Shown here one piece after another: positions 27,366-41,084 of a DNA stretch of 64,000 bases. Both the position numbers and the translations under genes were made by a program. The notes under the pieces are model-generated. The model made no database searches. It had not been told where the DNA came from and was given only the letters and a program-made list of their open reading frames with translations. The DNA comes from Callorhinchus milii (lineage: Eukaryota), in the NCBI RefSeq assembly GCF_018977255.1, contig NW_024704743.1:110920001-110984000 (forward strand). Reading direction: 5' to 3'. Numbering within the stretch: the first letter of the stretch is position 1; each line of letters starts with the position of its first letter.

Positions 27366-30039
27366 TAATGGGAAGATGGTAGAGTTGGTGTACTGGAAAG
27401 AAAAGACCAAATGGGTCAAATGGCCTTCTTCATTCCAACTGATCTTCTTGTGTTCTTGTGAAATTAATATGTAACAAGTAAATATAATATTGTGGAAAAT
27501 AGGTTATTGACTTAACAGGAATTGGCCGTAACATACTGATATGGTTTACATTCCTTAGTTTTATGTCTTACAACTTCAGGTTTTTAACCATGGGTAGGCG
27601 CGGTCTGGCACTCAGTGAGCACAGAAAGGTTGCCAATGTGATTTAATGCATTAATATCATGGAATCACTTCTGGGAGTGTGCAATGATATTTTATGCAGT
27701 GCATATTTCAATAATGCATAATGGCAGCCTGGAATGCAGCACAAACGTGTACAGTCAAGGGGATCACATGATGACCTAAATCACAACTGTGAATCTCGAG
27801 TTCTTGATAAAGTTATCTGAATCCCGCCATTGTGTTGCACATGGCATAATGGATACATGGGAATCGTTGCATGCTGTAATCTAATCAAAGGATTCAGATG
27901 AATTGCTCAGAACTGTTTATAGCCACCAGCTGAACTCCAAAATTAAGTTAAAGCCTTGCAATTACTCCCTGGTATTTGTTACTGTTTATCATAGATTCTG
28001 ATGGTTTATATATTGTTTGCTATTGCCACCTTCTGCTATTTGGTTTGGGTTCTTCTTCACAGTTGAGATAACATTACAAGCAGATGAGAAGCAATTAATC
28101 ACCAGGATAATCATTATCTTCACCTGTGTGAAAGGCGCTATACAAATGTAATTTGTTGTCGTTGTTGTATACTTATTAAATGTTAACAAATTTTTATTTC
28201 TTTCAGTGGTATGATCTATAATAATCTTTTGCATTTCATATACTCCCTTTCACGTCAGAAGGACATCTCATAGTGCTTCAAAGGACATTATTGTAAAGTG
28301 TAGTGACTTCGCAATTTGTAGGCAAACACGGCAGCTATTTTTGTGCACAGCAATGTCCCGCAGATATTGTATTAATTGAGCTTAACTTCTCACCACGTTT
28401 TTTTTGCGCATGGGTCCGCAGCCAGAGCAGTGCAGCTGGCAGTAAAAATGAAGAGGCTGATCGGGTACCCTACAAGTGGGAGGGCACTTTTACAGAGGTG
28501 GGAAGGAGAATGTTTTTCGTAATATTTTTGGGACCCAGTGGTAAGCAATTACCACTTGTGTGACAGGTACTATACTGAAGTTCCAATCTGACTGAAAAGC
28601 CTGAAATAGTGATTCTTCTGAACTGTTGACAAGAACGACAAGGCAGATTATAATATGAATAATAAATAATAATCTTTAATTCAGTATAGGGCCTTTAATG
28701 TCAGGCAGATATCACAAAGCGCTTCACAGAATATATTGTAAAGTGTAGTGACTTTGTTTTGGGGATCGAATGCCAAGACTGAGCCAAACAAATTCCAAAA
28801 TGTATAAAAGTAAATAAAACATACAAGACATCTTGCTGTGCAGGATCTGTCACCTGATTGGCGGATCCATGACAGCTTTTCTTCTATCCATTACTCATTA
28901 AAAGTGGCAATCACTATCTTCAAGTTAGGAATGTGATCCAGTTTGATATTAGCTACCCTCAAAAATATAGTAACAGCTTCATATTTAAACTGGTTTACCA
29001 TCTATTCCACTTCTACCAATCATACTTTTCACTTCTAATGTTTACCCAGCCTAAATCTCTTTTCAACTCATGTGGAGTGGCAGAGGGGAAAGCTGGAAAC
29101 CAAGAGATTGAGAAAGACAGTTATTGGGGTCTTGTAACAGAGGGGGATTTGTAAGAGTTTGCAAATATTGAAACCTGCAGGTGTCACACAGCAGCTCGCC
29201 CTCAGACACAGATCTCATTCCAGACATTCAGAAAGTGGATTGGCATGATGTACATCCAAGCCCCTGCCCATGCAGAATTCACTATTTGTCAATCCTTCTA
29301 TGAACCTCTGCTTAATTATAATAGTGCCTTATCATGTCTTCGAGATATCTCAACGTGCTTCACAGGATATATTGTAAAGTGTAGTGACTGTGTTTTGTGG
29401 GTGAAATAATTAACAAGAAGTAAGAAAGGATTAATTGAACTTAATTTCTCACCATCTTTTTTTGCACAGGAGTCCACGGAATTGGAAGAAATTTTGCTAT
29501 GTTTTTCAAAGGAGGTATGTGGAATCTCATTCGTTCCACATATCTCCTTTGAAAAAGACAGCAACGTTTCTTCCAATTTTCCCAAGCTAAATTAATCGAA
29601 ACTCTGCTCTTTATCCTACATTTCATATCTTACTCAATGAGGAATTGTTTAGTTCTTACCAATATCGACATGCCTCTGATTCCATCAACCTCCCTGACTG
29701 CTCTCTCAACTTGAACCCACTATTGCATAACCTTGGAATTTTCCTTCACCCTGAGCTAGTTCAATGTCTCATCCAAAAGATAAAAACGTCCAACAGTACA
29801 ACACTCCCTCAATATTGCACTGAAATAACTTTGAGCTGAAGTCCCAATCTTCTGAACAACAAGCAAGAATGCTACCAAACGAGCCAAGTTTCTGAATACA
29901 AAAAAATTGGCAACAGAGATAAAAAGAAACTCAGCAACATCAATAAATGGTTTCTGAACGCAGCAGCAAGAAACACATTACAGTACAAACTGAAGCGTAA
30001 AATATAAACTGCAGTCCTTTCCATTTCTGAGATAAGAGC

Positions 30040-30285
30040 ATGCGGGAATGCAATAATTTACATGAGGCAAGAAAATTCAGGACTGACACCAGGAGGTTTT
30101 TCTTTACCCGGAAAGTAATTAATAACTGGAACAGGTTGTCAGAAAGGCTGGTTGAGGCAAGGACACTGGACTCATTTAAAACAACAGCTTGATACCACTG
30201 ATGGGAGGTTGGTGGCTATCCTGGAAGAATGAGATCAGAAGACCGATGGACCTGCTTTGCCCCCACCAATTTTATGAACTTGTGA
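30040..30285 (+). mobile_element. old CR1 3' fragment
   Basis: AGGAGGTTTTTCTTTACCC...TGGAACAGGTTG...GTTGAGGCA...TCATTTAA pattern. Confidence 0.65.
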
Positions 30286-30299
30286 AAATAACACGAGGT

Positions 30300-31760
30300 G
30301 CCCTGTTGGCCGCAGCGTGACCTACGGTGCTGTGCCGCGGGCCTTTGGATTTTTTTTCAATAAACTTGTAAGCTTCTGACGCGCACATAATTTGGATACG
30401 ATAACGTCCGCTTCAGCTCAGGTTACAAATCTGAAAACATGATCTGCGTCAATTAATATACGTGAATGCCAACGAAGCCTCGTGGGACTACCGTTGGGGC
30501 ACAGGAGACGACTGTACTATTACATTCTTCAGAACTTAATCCACAAATCCGAAAGTCGGTGCAGTATTTCCAATCCATAGACATTTTTAAAAAAAAAAAT
30601 CCACCGATCTCAACAGCATTGTTAAGATTATTCGCTGTCGTTCCACCCATCGGCTTTTCAAATGTTTTTTTTTCTTTTTTTTTCAAAAAAAATGATGATG
30701 TAATCACATTTCTGGGCATCACCAGCTGTAGCAAAAAAGGTGACCCGTTTTTAATGTAGGTCACACCCAAAAAGTTGTGACTATATTTAAATGGGCTTTT
30801 CGGTGTTGGAAAATCTAAACCAAAAATAGGAATAACGATCCTATTAACAACCCGTACATCTGACATAATACCCTATCGTCGACATGTCTCACGGCGCCGA
30901 GGGTGGAGGGGGAGGGGGGGGGGGGGCGAGGGTGGAGGGGGGCTTGAGGAGGGTAAGAGGGGTGGAGGCTGAAGGAGGAGAAGGCCGAGTGGAGGGGGAG
31001 GGAGGCCGAGGATGAGGCGGAGAGGCCGAGAGTGTGGGGGTGGCGGTTGGAGCGGGGAGGGGGGGGGAAGGGGGAGGGGGGGGTGAGGTCCACGCACAGC
31101 TCGAGCTCTGCGGTGAGGCCCAACCGACAAAGGAACTCGTGCGTGGTGACGTCAGGGAGCGCGCGTTGCGTCGGCCGGTTGGGCGCGGCCTGGGGGAGAC
31201 GGACACACACAGAGAGAGAGAGAGAGCGAGAGAGAGAGAACAAGCCGCCACGTGGTTGCCCCCCCCCCGCCGCCGCCGCCCCGCCCGCCTGGCTCTCGTG
31301 CGTGTGTGCGTGCGCGTGCGTGACGACGTCAGGGGGAGCCGCGACAGCGGTTGGGCGGGGCGGGGAGTAGGAGGGAGGGAGGGAGGGAGGAGGAGGAGGA
31401 GCAGCGCCGGGCACGTGTCAATAATAAAAGGACAAGAGGAGGGCGGGTTGGCCGTGAGCTGATTCACCGACTTGACGCGAGGCGGTCCCTCCATCTCTTC
31501 TTTGTCCTTTCACCTCCACCTTTTTTTTTAATCTCTTCTTCCCCCCTCACCCTCACCCCACTCCTCCCCTCCTCCCCCCCCACCACCCCTCACCCCAGTC
31601 AGTGTGAGAGGAGAGACGGCACCGGGATGGACAGCTCCAGCCAAGGTAACGACAGAGCCGAGCGCGAGCCGAGAGTCCCGGGGCACGCGCTGCTCCCGCC
31701 GGTCAGGTGCTGCAGCTTTGCAAACCTCGCCCTCCCTCCCTCCCTCTCCCGCTCTCCTCC
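30300..31760 (+). promoter_or_regulatory. CpG-island promoter of tpd52
   Basis: Sharp rise in GC and CpG. Full CRE TGACGTCA at 31147-31154, CRE half-sites at 31321-31331, E-boxes CACGTG at 31249-31254 and 31412-31417, several GC boxes, and an AT-rich ATAATAAAAG at 31421-31430 upstream of exon 1a. Confidence 0.85.
31627..31645 (+). CDS. tpd52: tpd52 coding exon 1a (MDSSSQ-G, 19 nt, phase-1 donor)
   Basis: GGGATGG Kozak-like start, ATG GAC AGC TCC AGC CAA G followed by the donor GTAACG, inside a CpG island. Same layout as human TPD52 MDRGEQ-G. The phase fits the exon at 54481. Confidence 0.85.
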
Positions 31761-34034
31761 GCATCTTTTACTGATTTTTTTTGTGGGGGGGGGAAAAAAA
31801 ACGGGCACCTTTCACCTGTGCGTGTGTGTGTTTGTTGTTAAAACACACAATAAAGGTGAAGCATCGTGTGTGTGTTTTTTTTTGGGTGGGGGGGGGGTCG
31901 TTCAAAAAGCTCGGCTCTGCAGTCGGCAGTCGCTAACTCCTCTTGTTCACACCTTAAAATGCGCGTCGTGGAAGCATGTGCTCACAGCACAACAGACCCG
32001 CGTCTCCAGCTCGTTCTTTCAGACCGGCAATTTGCAGCTGTTTCATCCACAGTGCGCTCGCTGGTTGCCGCACACATACATGTGTTATGTTTCATATTTT
32101 TTTTTAAAAAGCGAAAGCTATACAACGTGGCTTTCCTGCCCCCCCCCCCACCCCCACTCCTCCACTCCCTCCCTCCCTCGCTGTGTGAGGTGGTACAGTG
32201 TTTGCAGGTACTGTACTACACTGCGCCTCGCCTACGTCTGGAAGATAACATTTCATTTATGGACATTGGGTGTTTTTGTTTAAGTTGCAAATATCACTTG
32301 ACTGCACAAAGTTATTTCCAAAAAACACAGCGTACGCGACAGACATTTAACTGTATTCCTGAGCAGTTGGTTGGGCTGTGATCCTTTGTATAGCCTAGTA
32401 ATAGAAGGGAAGTAAAGTGACCCCTTGGGAACTGATCGCTTCAGTGCCTTGAACTTCGAACTATTTATTACAGTGGGACAGCTTGTTAAATGCTCCTGTT
32501 TAGAGGTACTTGAGTGGAAATGAAGAAGCCAATTTCCATTGCTCATTCCACTACAATCTTTGATTTGTTTGCATTATTCAGGATGCGATTAACTGCATAA
32601 TGTTAACCTTTTTTTATTAATGTAAGATTTTTCCATATTATCTTCTCTGAATGATGGTTGTGTAAACATAGGCAATCCTTTTGTACCTGGTCTGGTACAA
32701 AGAGAGGTCATTCTTCGCGTGACCATCAGCAGCCGAATCTAATACAAGAGGAATCGCATCTAAAGCTAATTTAACCCTTGTCTATGTAATCATGCTTTGC
32801 AGGAGGAGTCACTGGATTACAATAACCAGTTGGACCCCCTAACTGATTTTGTTTATACAGTACTTCAAATCCTAAGAATTGTGAGTCTTAATTAATCCTT
32901 TCAACAACATCAACAAATTTCACTGCCATTGAGACAGAGAGAGACAACAGACAAGGGGTCAAAACCTGATCTGTATGATTCAAATGCCATATGACATAAT
33001 CTATGCACTGAACCATCATAGAGCTGTTTTGTGACTATCTTATGACTATCTTCAGGTTTATTTAAGTGAAGGTAAATTACTTCTGAAAAGTTATAGAAGC
33101 ATTTATTATTTTTCTTTCCATCTAAATGGAAGAGCATTTAAATATATAGGATTTTTCATGTAGAATAACTATCTGGAAGTACTTAAAAAATTATAATGGG
33201 GAATACTGAGGGGAAAATTTAAAAATTTGATCAAAAATGCAGGTGAAGATTTAATATTTTTTATATGCATATAGGAGGATTGTAAAGACAGGGAGAGAGA
33301 AAGTGAGATAGAGTGTTCCAGTGGGCAAAGGTGTAATAGCTGAAGGTTTAGCTACCAATGGTGGAATGAAGGGAGTGAAGAACGAGCATTGGCCAGAACA
33401 GGGAGAGGCAGTACAAGCTGAATAGTGCTGGCGGAAATTGAATAGATGGGAAGGAATCAAACCGTAAAGTGAATTAAATATCCAGGTGAGGATCATGAAA
33501 TCTATTTTAATTTGAAGTAACTCGATTCCTGTGCATGAAGAAAACGCATTTTGTTTTAGCCTATAGTTGATGAATTGGGATTGGTTCAAGAGTTATTTGC
33601 TCATTTGTAGAGTGGAAAATAATGCAAAATGTAACATCTAATCATTTGATTTCTATCAGTGTGACTGCATGCACTCAGAGCAGATCAGTTATCAAATATT
33701 TAACCTTTCAATATTTTGATGTTTCGTGAGGAAGTGGGAGGCAATAATTGATATTTTAGTGACCTGCTAGTAAGTATGCATATAATTAAGTGTTCTTATG
33801 GCTGTCCTTTTTATTCATTTGAAATATTGTATGGTTAAGTTCCCAAACACTATTAAATTGAGGATCAAGTTTTGGATTATAAACTTAACTCAATCCTCTG
33901 CCAAACTTAAATCACCTGTAGCTGTAACCTACATGTACTTTTTATTTGTTTTTTTAATAAATGGTTTATTCTAAGTAATTTATAAATACATTTACTTATA
34001 GTTCATTCGTAAATTATTGGAATAAACCAACTAT

Positions 34035-34550
34035 TTAATTGCTCTCCTCATCGGTCTCCCCAGCTCCACCATCCATAAAATCCCAAACTCCGCTGCCCAC
34101 ATACTCACCCGCACAAAGCTGCGTATCCCAATCACACCATTTCTAGCCGGGCTTCACTGTCTCCATATCACTGAATGGATCGATTTTCAAGATCCTCACA
34201 CTAGTTTTCGAATCCATTCATAATCTGCACCTCTCCAACCTGCTTTCTCCCAATCCACTACCTGCTGCCTCCGCTCAACTGGCTGCAGCATCCTGCATGT
34301 CCCTCATGCCCTCCATTCCACCATCGGTGGTCGCGCTTTCAGCCACTATACCCTGAAGCTCTGGAATACTCTTCCTCCCTCTGCCTTGTCCCTTCCTTCC
34401 CCATCATCAGATCATGCCAGAAGACCTTCCTCTTTGCCCGTGTCTATGGTCACCTCTGCTCTCCGCAGCTTGACGTCGTGCTCTGCCACTGTCGAGCGAT
34501 CTGGGATGCTTCCCTGTGTGAGGGATGCTATATAAATGCAAGTGGTTGTT
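34035..34550 (+). mobile_element. old L2 3' fragment
   Basis: Decayed ORF2 end and the tail GCTATATAAATGCAAGTGGTTG. Confidence 0.75.
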
Positions 34551-34714
34551 AAATATTTTTGGAATTGCATAAAAACGTGTGACTGAATTTATTATTCCCA
34601 TGTTGGAACTTGAGCTCATAGTCTAGTCGGGCACCACAACAACAACAACTTGCATTTATATAGCATTCTTCATGCAGGGTAACGTCCCAGAGCGCTTCAT
34701 GCAATGCGGGAGTC

Positions 34715-34965
34715 CTGTCTGCCTGTTCAAGTGGACTTTAAAGATCCCTTGGCACTACTTGAAAAGAGAAGGCCGATTGTTTTGGTGGCCTACTTAACAG
34801 TCCCTCTCTTTCCCCCCCGGATAAAATTGGTAATCCACTTCATGATGATTGCTGTGTGCTAACTGGCTTTCCTGTTTGCCTATAAATACAGTCACTACAT
34901 GTTATAGTAAAGTCTTTTGAAGTGCTTTGAGACTCCAACATAATAAGGTGCTATAATCGATGTAA
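34715..34965 (+). mobile_element. Deu-domain SINE fragment
   Basis: CTGTCTGCCTGTTCAAGTGGAC..TAAAGATCCCTTGGCACTA followed by the tail. Confidence 0.7.
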
Positions 34966-36159
34966 ATTGTTTGCAGCCATATAACAGTTGCAGAAACTTT
35001 GTACAGTAGTGATCCTTGCATTTTCCTTTAAAGCAGTTTAACTCCTGAATCATTCTGATTGGGTAGCAGGAATAGCTTGTTTCTTAATCTTGTAGAAAAG
35101 CACATGACTGACTTGTATTGCTTTTTCTGCACTGTATGATTGCTTTCTGTTCCTACAATACTTTCGAAAGAATAGCTGCTTGTTCCTTTCCCCAATCAGC
35201 ATTTGACATACCTTGCAGCTGTGCTTTTAGAAACTGTGTAAATATAAATACATTTTTAGCAATGAAGAACTAATTTTTACCTGATCAATATGACATGTAG
35301 ACACCCAAGATGCATTTTCAATGAAGAACATTCCTTTATTTCTCCATTCTTTATTTGCAGATGACTGTATTTAGTGTTTAGCTTCACTATGCAATTCATG
35401 AACATCCTTTCTCCCCTCCCCCAACCAAAACACTATTAGAAATACATATGCATATTACTTTTTGTCTTGTGAAATTTGGTTCCACCCTTAAATAACCCTC
35501 TTCTAATTGTCACAAAAATAATGATGCAGCCCTTCATAGAGTTGAATGCAAAAGTTGAAGCCAGAAGTGTACCGAAGTGCCAGGAAGTGCAGGTGCACAG
35601 AAGACCCATATTGCAAGGGAACCTGTGTTCCAACATGGTAGTTAATAATTGGGTTAAAAATAAATATAGAATTAATAATCTTTAGATAAGTTGTGAATTT
35701 TGGAGAAATTGCTCTGAAGTTTCCCATGCATCTGAGAGAATTGAAGGGCATTCAAAAACTTTTTTTGTGTGGCCTTTACTAATATATATTCCTGCTAGGT
35801 TCCAGCAGCTCTTTGCTTCAGGTTTTCACCGTACCGAGTATACTGCTCTGTCCAACACATGGAGCCAATGTAGAAACTTGGTATTTTGTTCCTCCTTGAA
35901 CTTCTTTGAACCTTTTATACAAGTCTTTTCTTTATCTCTAACATTGCGTACATGTTGTCCATGCCTTCCTGACTTCCAGATTCAACTTTGATGGCCTCTC
36001 AAGATCTATCTTTCAAGCTCTCGAGACGTACAGAGATTTGCAGATCAGTGAGCCTAACACCCCCATCTTTGGCTTTCCCTATTAGTGTGCTGTCCATCAG
36101 CAGATCAATTTTATGATCCTCATCTTTAAATGTTCCTCGGCCTTGTAGCAGTCTCTCTG

Positions 36160-36623
36160 TCTCCGTGACCCTATCACCCCCATCCTCGCCCGACTACTGG
36201 CTTCCCATCACACAAAGTTGATGGGAAGCCAGTAGAGTTCAAAATCGCAGTCCTCACTTTCAAGCCCCAATGGCCTTGCTCCCCCGCGACCTCCTAACCC
36301 CTTACCCGCCTGCCCCTTCACTCCGCTCAGTGGGCTCTGACCTGCTTCACATCCCCCGCCTCAACCGCCTTCAACCACTCTGCCCCCACCCTCTGGAACT
36401 CCATCCCACAATAGCTCTGTCTCGCCCCCTCACTTGCCTCCTTCAAGACCCATCTCAAGACCCTCCTCTTCAGCCTTTGGTCACCCTCCTTTTTCCCCCT
36501 TCTACCCTCCACCCTCCCTGATCCCAACCCCCAGTTCGGGTCCAAAACACCGATTGTCCAGCTCCTTGGGACGTCCTCCTGACGTGACAGGTGCTATGTA
36601 AATGTAATTTTGTTGTTGTTGTT
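36160..36623 (+). mobile_element. L2 3' fragment
   Basis: ORF2-end similarity, GGGACGTCCTCCTGACGTG stem-loop and (TTG)n. Confidence 0.85.
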
Positions 36624-36854
36624 TCAGGACCTGGCTCATACCTCTTTGTACTCTCAAATCACCTCTTCCTCCTCTCCCCCAATGCCTCCCACTCAGTCTT
36701 TTTGTACAGTGCATATGAATTGTTGCTTAACTGATTACAAAAATTAGACTAGCACTTGCAAATTGACCTGGTAGGGATTTAAGCTTAAATTGAAAAGAAG
36801 CTGTAAAAAAAATAATAATTTCAAACCGCTGTATTGAATGGTAGTTGAGCCTTT

Positions 36855-37195
36855 CTTCCCCCTACCAACCCGCCCGCTCCCTCCGCTCAGCCGGCTCTGG
36901 CCTGCTCCACTTCCCCCGACCCACCCACCCCACCATTGGCAGGAGAGCCTTCAGCCACTCTGCCCCCAACCTCTGGAAGTCCATCCCCCAATCACTCTGC
37001 CTCGCCCCCTCCAGAGCCTCCTTCAAATCCCGCCTCAAAACCCTCCTCTTCGACTATGCCATTGGTCACCCTCCTTTCCCTCCCCTCCCTTCTCCCTCCT
37101 GACCCCAACTCAGGTCTGAAATGCTGTACACTGTCCAGCGCCTTGGGACGTCCTCCCGACGTGAAAGGCGCTATACAAATGTAATCTTCTTGTTG
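36855..37195 (+). mobile_element. L2 3' fragment
   Basis: Peptide PARSLRSAGSGLLH..PTIGRRAFSHSAPNLW followed by the L2 tail. Confidence 0.9.
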
Positions 37196-38167
37196 TGACG
37201 TAATTAAATGAAGCATAACAATAGATTAGTTTGTTGGAGGAACCTGATTTTTGGATTGGTGTCTCGTAAGAAGCTTAAAGGCGTAAAAGTAACACTTGCA
37301 TTCCCTTGTCTTAATCATACGAATTATCAGATGTAGTAATATACTGCCTGAGTCTTTAAGCAGAATCATCATACTTGAGTTTATTCTTATTTAACAATCT
37401 TAAATAAAATACTGTAAAGAATTTTTGAGAATAATAATTTTTAGGTACTGTACAATTCATTTGGATGTTTGACAATTATAGTATTGGTTGGGCATAAATT
37501 TGTTTATTGAAAAGCCAAATGCAGTATTCTAATGAATATAAATTGGAATAGAGAAATGGCCGCCATGAATTATTTGCTTGTATGTCCTCCTGACATGAAA
37601 GGTGTTTATATAAATACAACTTGTTGTTCTTATTGTATAATACAAATAGACAATCAAGACCCTGTCTGTTCTATTGTGTGTTCTATTGTTTGTTCTATTA
37701 GTAGCTTTAAGTAAGAGTAATTTAACTTAATTTCACATATTAGCAATGATTTTAAATTAAGTTCCTCAGAAGTCCTGCTTAAGCTGTACAGTCAGTCTGG
37801 AGTACTGCATACAGTTCTGATTGCCATTATTTGAGGGTCACACAGGTCTGAGAGGTCAGGAACAAGGTTGATCCTTGGTGTGAGCTATAAGGAATAGCTG
37901 AATAAATTGTGGTTATTCATAGAAAACCATACAAATGCTTAATAGGATAGAGAAAGTAAACCCAGAACTATAATGAAGTGTCAGGGTATCTCGTGGAAGT
38001 AATCTAATGGATAGTAGAGAAAGTGAATACAGAGCAGTAATTTTAGATATGCCAAATGAACAGAGCAGGCGGGCACATATTGAGGTTTGTGATTGCCTTC
38101 TGGAAATCTACATCAACTTATTATCTATATTCTATGTATTCTTCAAAAAAAATGGAGCATTATCTAC

Positions 38168-38416
38168 CCAGCAGGGCGAAACCTTAGGTAAGTTTCCTTA
38201 CTCTGCACGCTTGATAATAATCCCTCAAGGAAAAAGAACAATAATAATTTGGTCACTCAATCCACAACTGTTTGTGGGACACTGCTGTGCACAATTTCGC
38301 TGCTGCGTTTCGCCCACAAAATATACAGTTAATTCACTTTACAGTATATTCCGTGAAGTGCTTTCAGACGTTTAGAAGACATGAAAAGCGCTATATCAAA
38401 TACAAAGATTATTATT
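38168..38416 (+). mobile_element. 5'-truncated tRNA-SINE
   Basis: Begins at CAGGGCGAAACCTT and includes the body and tail. Confidence 0.88.
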
Positions 38417-41084
38417 GACCCAAATCCATGCTGACTTTCCTGATCAATCTCAGCCTAGATAAATGCAACTTGTTGTAGCTTACTCTAAATATTCAAAATG
38501 CCAGTATTATGGTCTATTTTACATGGAATAGAGATGAAACTAAACGTGACCTGTAATGCCTTGGTTATCCTTCACTCCATTTTTTTGAGCAGATAAACAA
38601 CATTTGCCATCCTCTACTGATGTGAAAGGCGCTATACAAATGTAATTTTGTTGTTGTACTCATTTCATACAATTCTATCTATAATTTTTTATAAAGAAGA
38701 TTGTAGTTATCTCCTACTTGTCCTTTCAACATTCTGGGATGCAAGCCTTCCAAGCATGGTGATTATTTTACTTTTAAAGCCCATCAACCCATTACCATTT
38801 TTCATGTTAATACAATGTTTAGTTTTTTTCCCATCAACTACAGCACCACATTTGCTTCTGATTTTAAAAATGTTGCTGCCTTCTCTCAACTACAAGATTG
38901 CCCCTTAAGTAATTTCGGCTGTTGACGATGCAGCTTATCTAGTTATTTCTTGTAGCTTATTCCTTAAAGTTGGCTATCATATAGGATGCCCCTCTAACAA
39001 TGGAGGTTAACCTTACTGCACTTCTCTGACCTGCTTCTGGGGTTGCTATTAGCCCTTATGATGTAGTGATCAGAACTCTGCAATAGTTGTGGTGTGGCCT
39101 TGTTTACATCAAACTCAAATTTGACAACTATTTTACGGTTTAACATTTTTTCAGAAACATTTTTTTTAAATGATGAGCAACATGTCTACTAATCTAGAAT
39201 TTGTTTTGCTCGTTCCAGCTTGGCAAATTGTTGCATCCAGAAAGTACATTCGCCTTGTCTTTACTTTTAATTTCTCTGAATAGAATCTAGAATGGCATCA
39301 CAGTAAAATGGTCCATTGAACCTGTGCATTGCTAGCCCCTTGCATGGAAGTGTACACTCTTAATCTGAATTCTTACTCATTACACACATTATTTAATAGT
39401 GGTGTCTTATTATGAAAGCTGTTTAAATGCATTGGAGTAATATGAGCAACATATAATTGCCTCGGTTTGGTTTCATGGATGCTGGAGTTTAGAAGGTGAA
39501 TTAGTTTTTTTTTCTTTGAGGCTTCACAGCCAAGAGAGGTTCTGTTCTTGTCTGACATTCACACTTGATAGTGATCATAAATGGAAATGTTTTATTTTTA
39601 TCCAAAGGGTTTCAAATCATGGCTGTTGTGGCACCTGACTGAAATATTAACTGCTGGGTTTGCCTACAAATAGTTGCTATAGTTGTCGGGAATTTCTTGT
39701 GAAACTCCTTCGAAGGTTTCAAGAGTTTTGAGATGTTTTGATGATGTGATAAAACGATATATCGAATGCAAGCATTATTATTTCATAGCTCCTATAACGT
39801 TGAACATTATAAAGCACCTTACAGGTAATTGCTATAAAGTGTAGGCAGATATAGCAGTCAATTTGTGCACGATAATATTTTGTGCATAACAATAACTTGC
39901 ATTTATATAGTGCCCCTCACGCAGGGTAATATCCCAGAGCACTTGACAGCGGTGGAGCATGATGCCGAGCCACAAACAGCCATGAAGTGAATGACGAATT
40001 TTATTTGGAGCTTTGGGCAGAACATCAAGAGCAACTCCTTTCTCTTTTCAAATCGTGCCATGGGATTGTAATATTTACCTTAATGTGTAGACTTGTCCTC
40101 AGTTTAATCATCTCTTTTGAAGAATGGCACATCTGTTAGAATAGTAAAGTGCTCCCTTCGCACTGTACTTTAGTATTGCCTTAGACTGAGCTCAGAGTTC
40201 CAGTATGCTCACAGGAGTTTCCGAGGTAAATAGGCTTATTTTTTAAATTTAAAATTGCTAATTTGCACAATACTCTTTTTTTTAAACTGTGGGGGGGGGG
40301 GGGGTTAGTGCAGCTACTTTACTGGCCACATGTTAAAGCCTTTTTAATGAGACTTGTTGAACAGTCAGTAGTGGGCTTGTTTTAAAACCAACCTACAGTT
40401 AGTTGCAATTAATGAGAACACTTAGGAAAAGTTGATGCTGATACAGACCCGTGCTGACATACTCCTGTGTGAAATTGGGAAGTAGCCTTGAATGTAGTTG
40501 GTTGTGATGAGACCTTGAACAATATGAATAGTGTACCAGGTGTACTATGGGGGATGCCAAGGTCAAAAATCTGCGTTGGAAATGGTGAATAACCTTATTA
40601 ATTTGTTTGTTGATTTGCTACTTTGGGAGAAACTTTTTTTGACCTTTTCCCTGTCCCATTCCAATGCATTACCTGAAAAGACTTATTGTTCTGCTTTATA
40701 TTAATGTGGATTTCATAACATTTAGGAATAGTATTGCTTCACTGTTTTTTCTAAAATTAATTATATCTTGTCACAAGAGTAAGTCTGCATCTGTGATCCA
40801 AAGCAAAATCCGTTTTTCTAATAAATTGCAATTGTATAACGCATTTCACATTGGGAGGATGTTTCAAAGTGCTGGACAGTTAGGTTTGCACCCGAGCTGG
40901 AGGATGATATCAAGAGTAGTGGAGGGCAAAGGGGTGGGAGGATGACTGAAGTCATGGTCAAAGAGGATAACACATTTAACAGATGTGTTTTTCATGTTGG
41001 TTATTATTGTAAAATTGAGATGGACTTTAACTAATATATTTGTGTCACAAAAATGCTGATTTTTTAAAAAAAATTGTTGGCCTG

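Noticed and set aside
30884..30958. ATG...GG|GTAAGA possible upstream exon
   Set aside because: The donor would be phase 0, incompatible with the phase-1 exon 2, and the peptide is just poly-G sequence.
30815..32381. Long ORFs (up to 310 aa) over the CpG island
   Set aside because: Low-complexity translations of GC-rich promoter and intron DNA on both strands. Only 31627-31645 is supported as coding.
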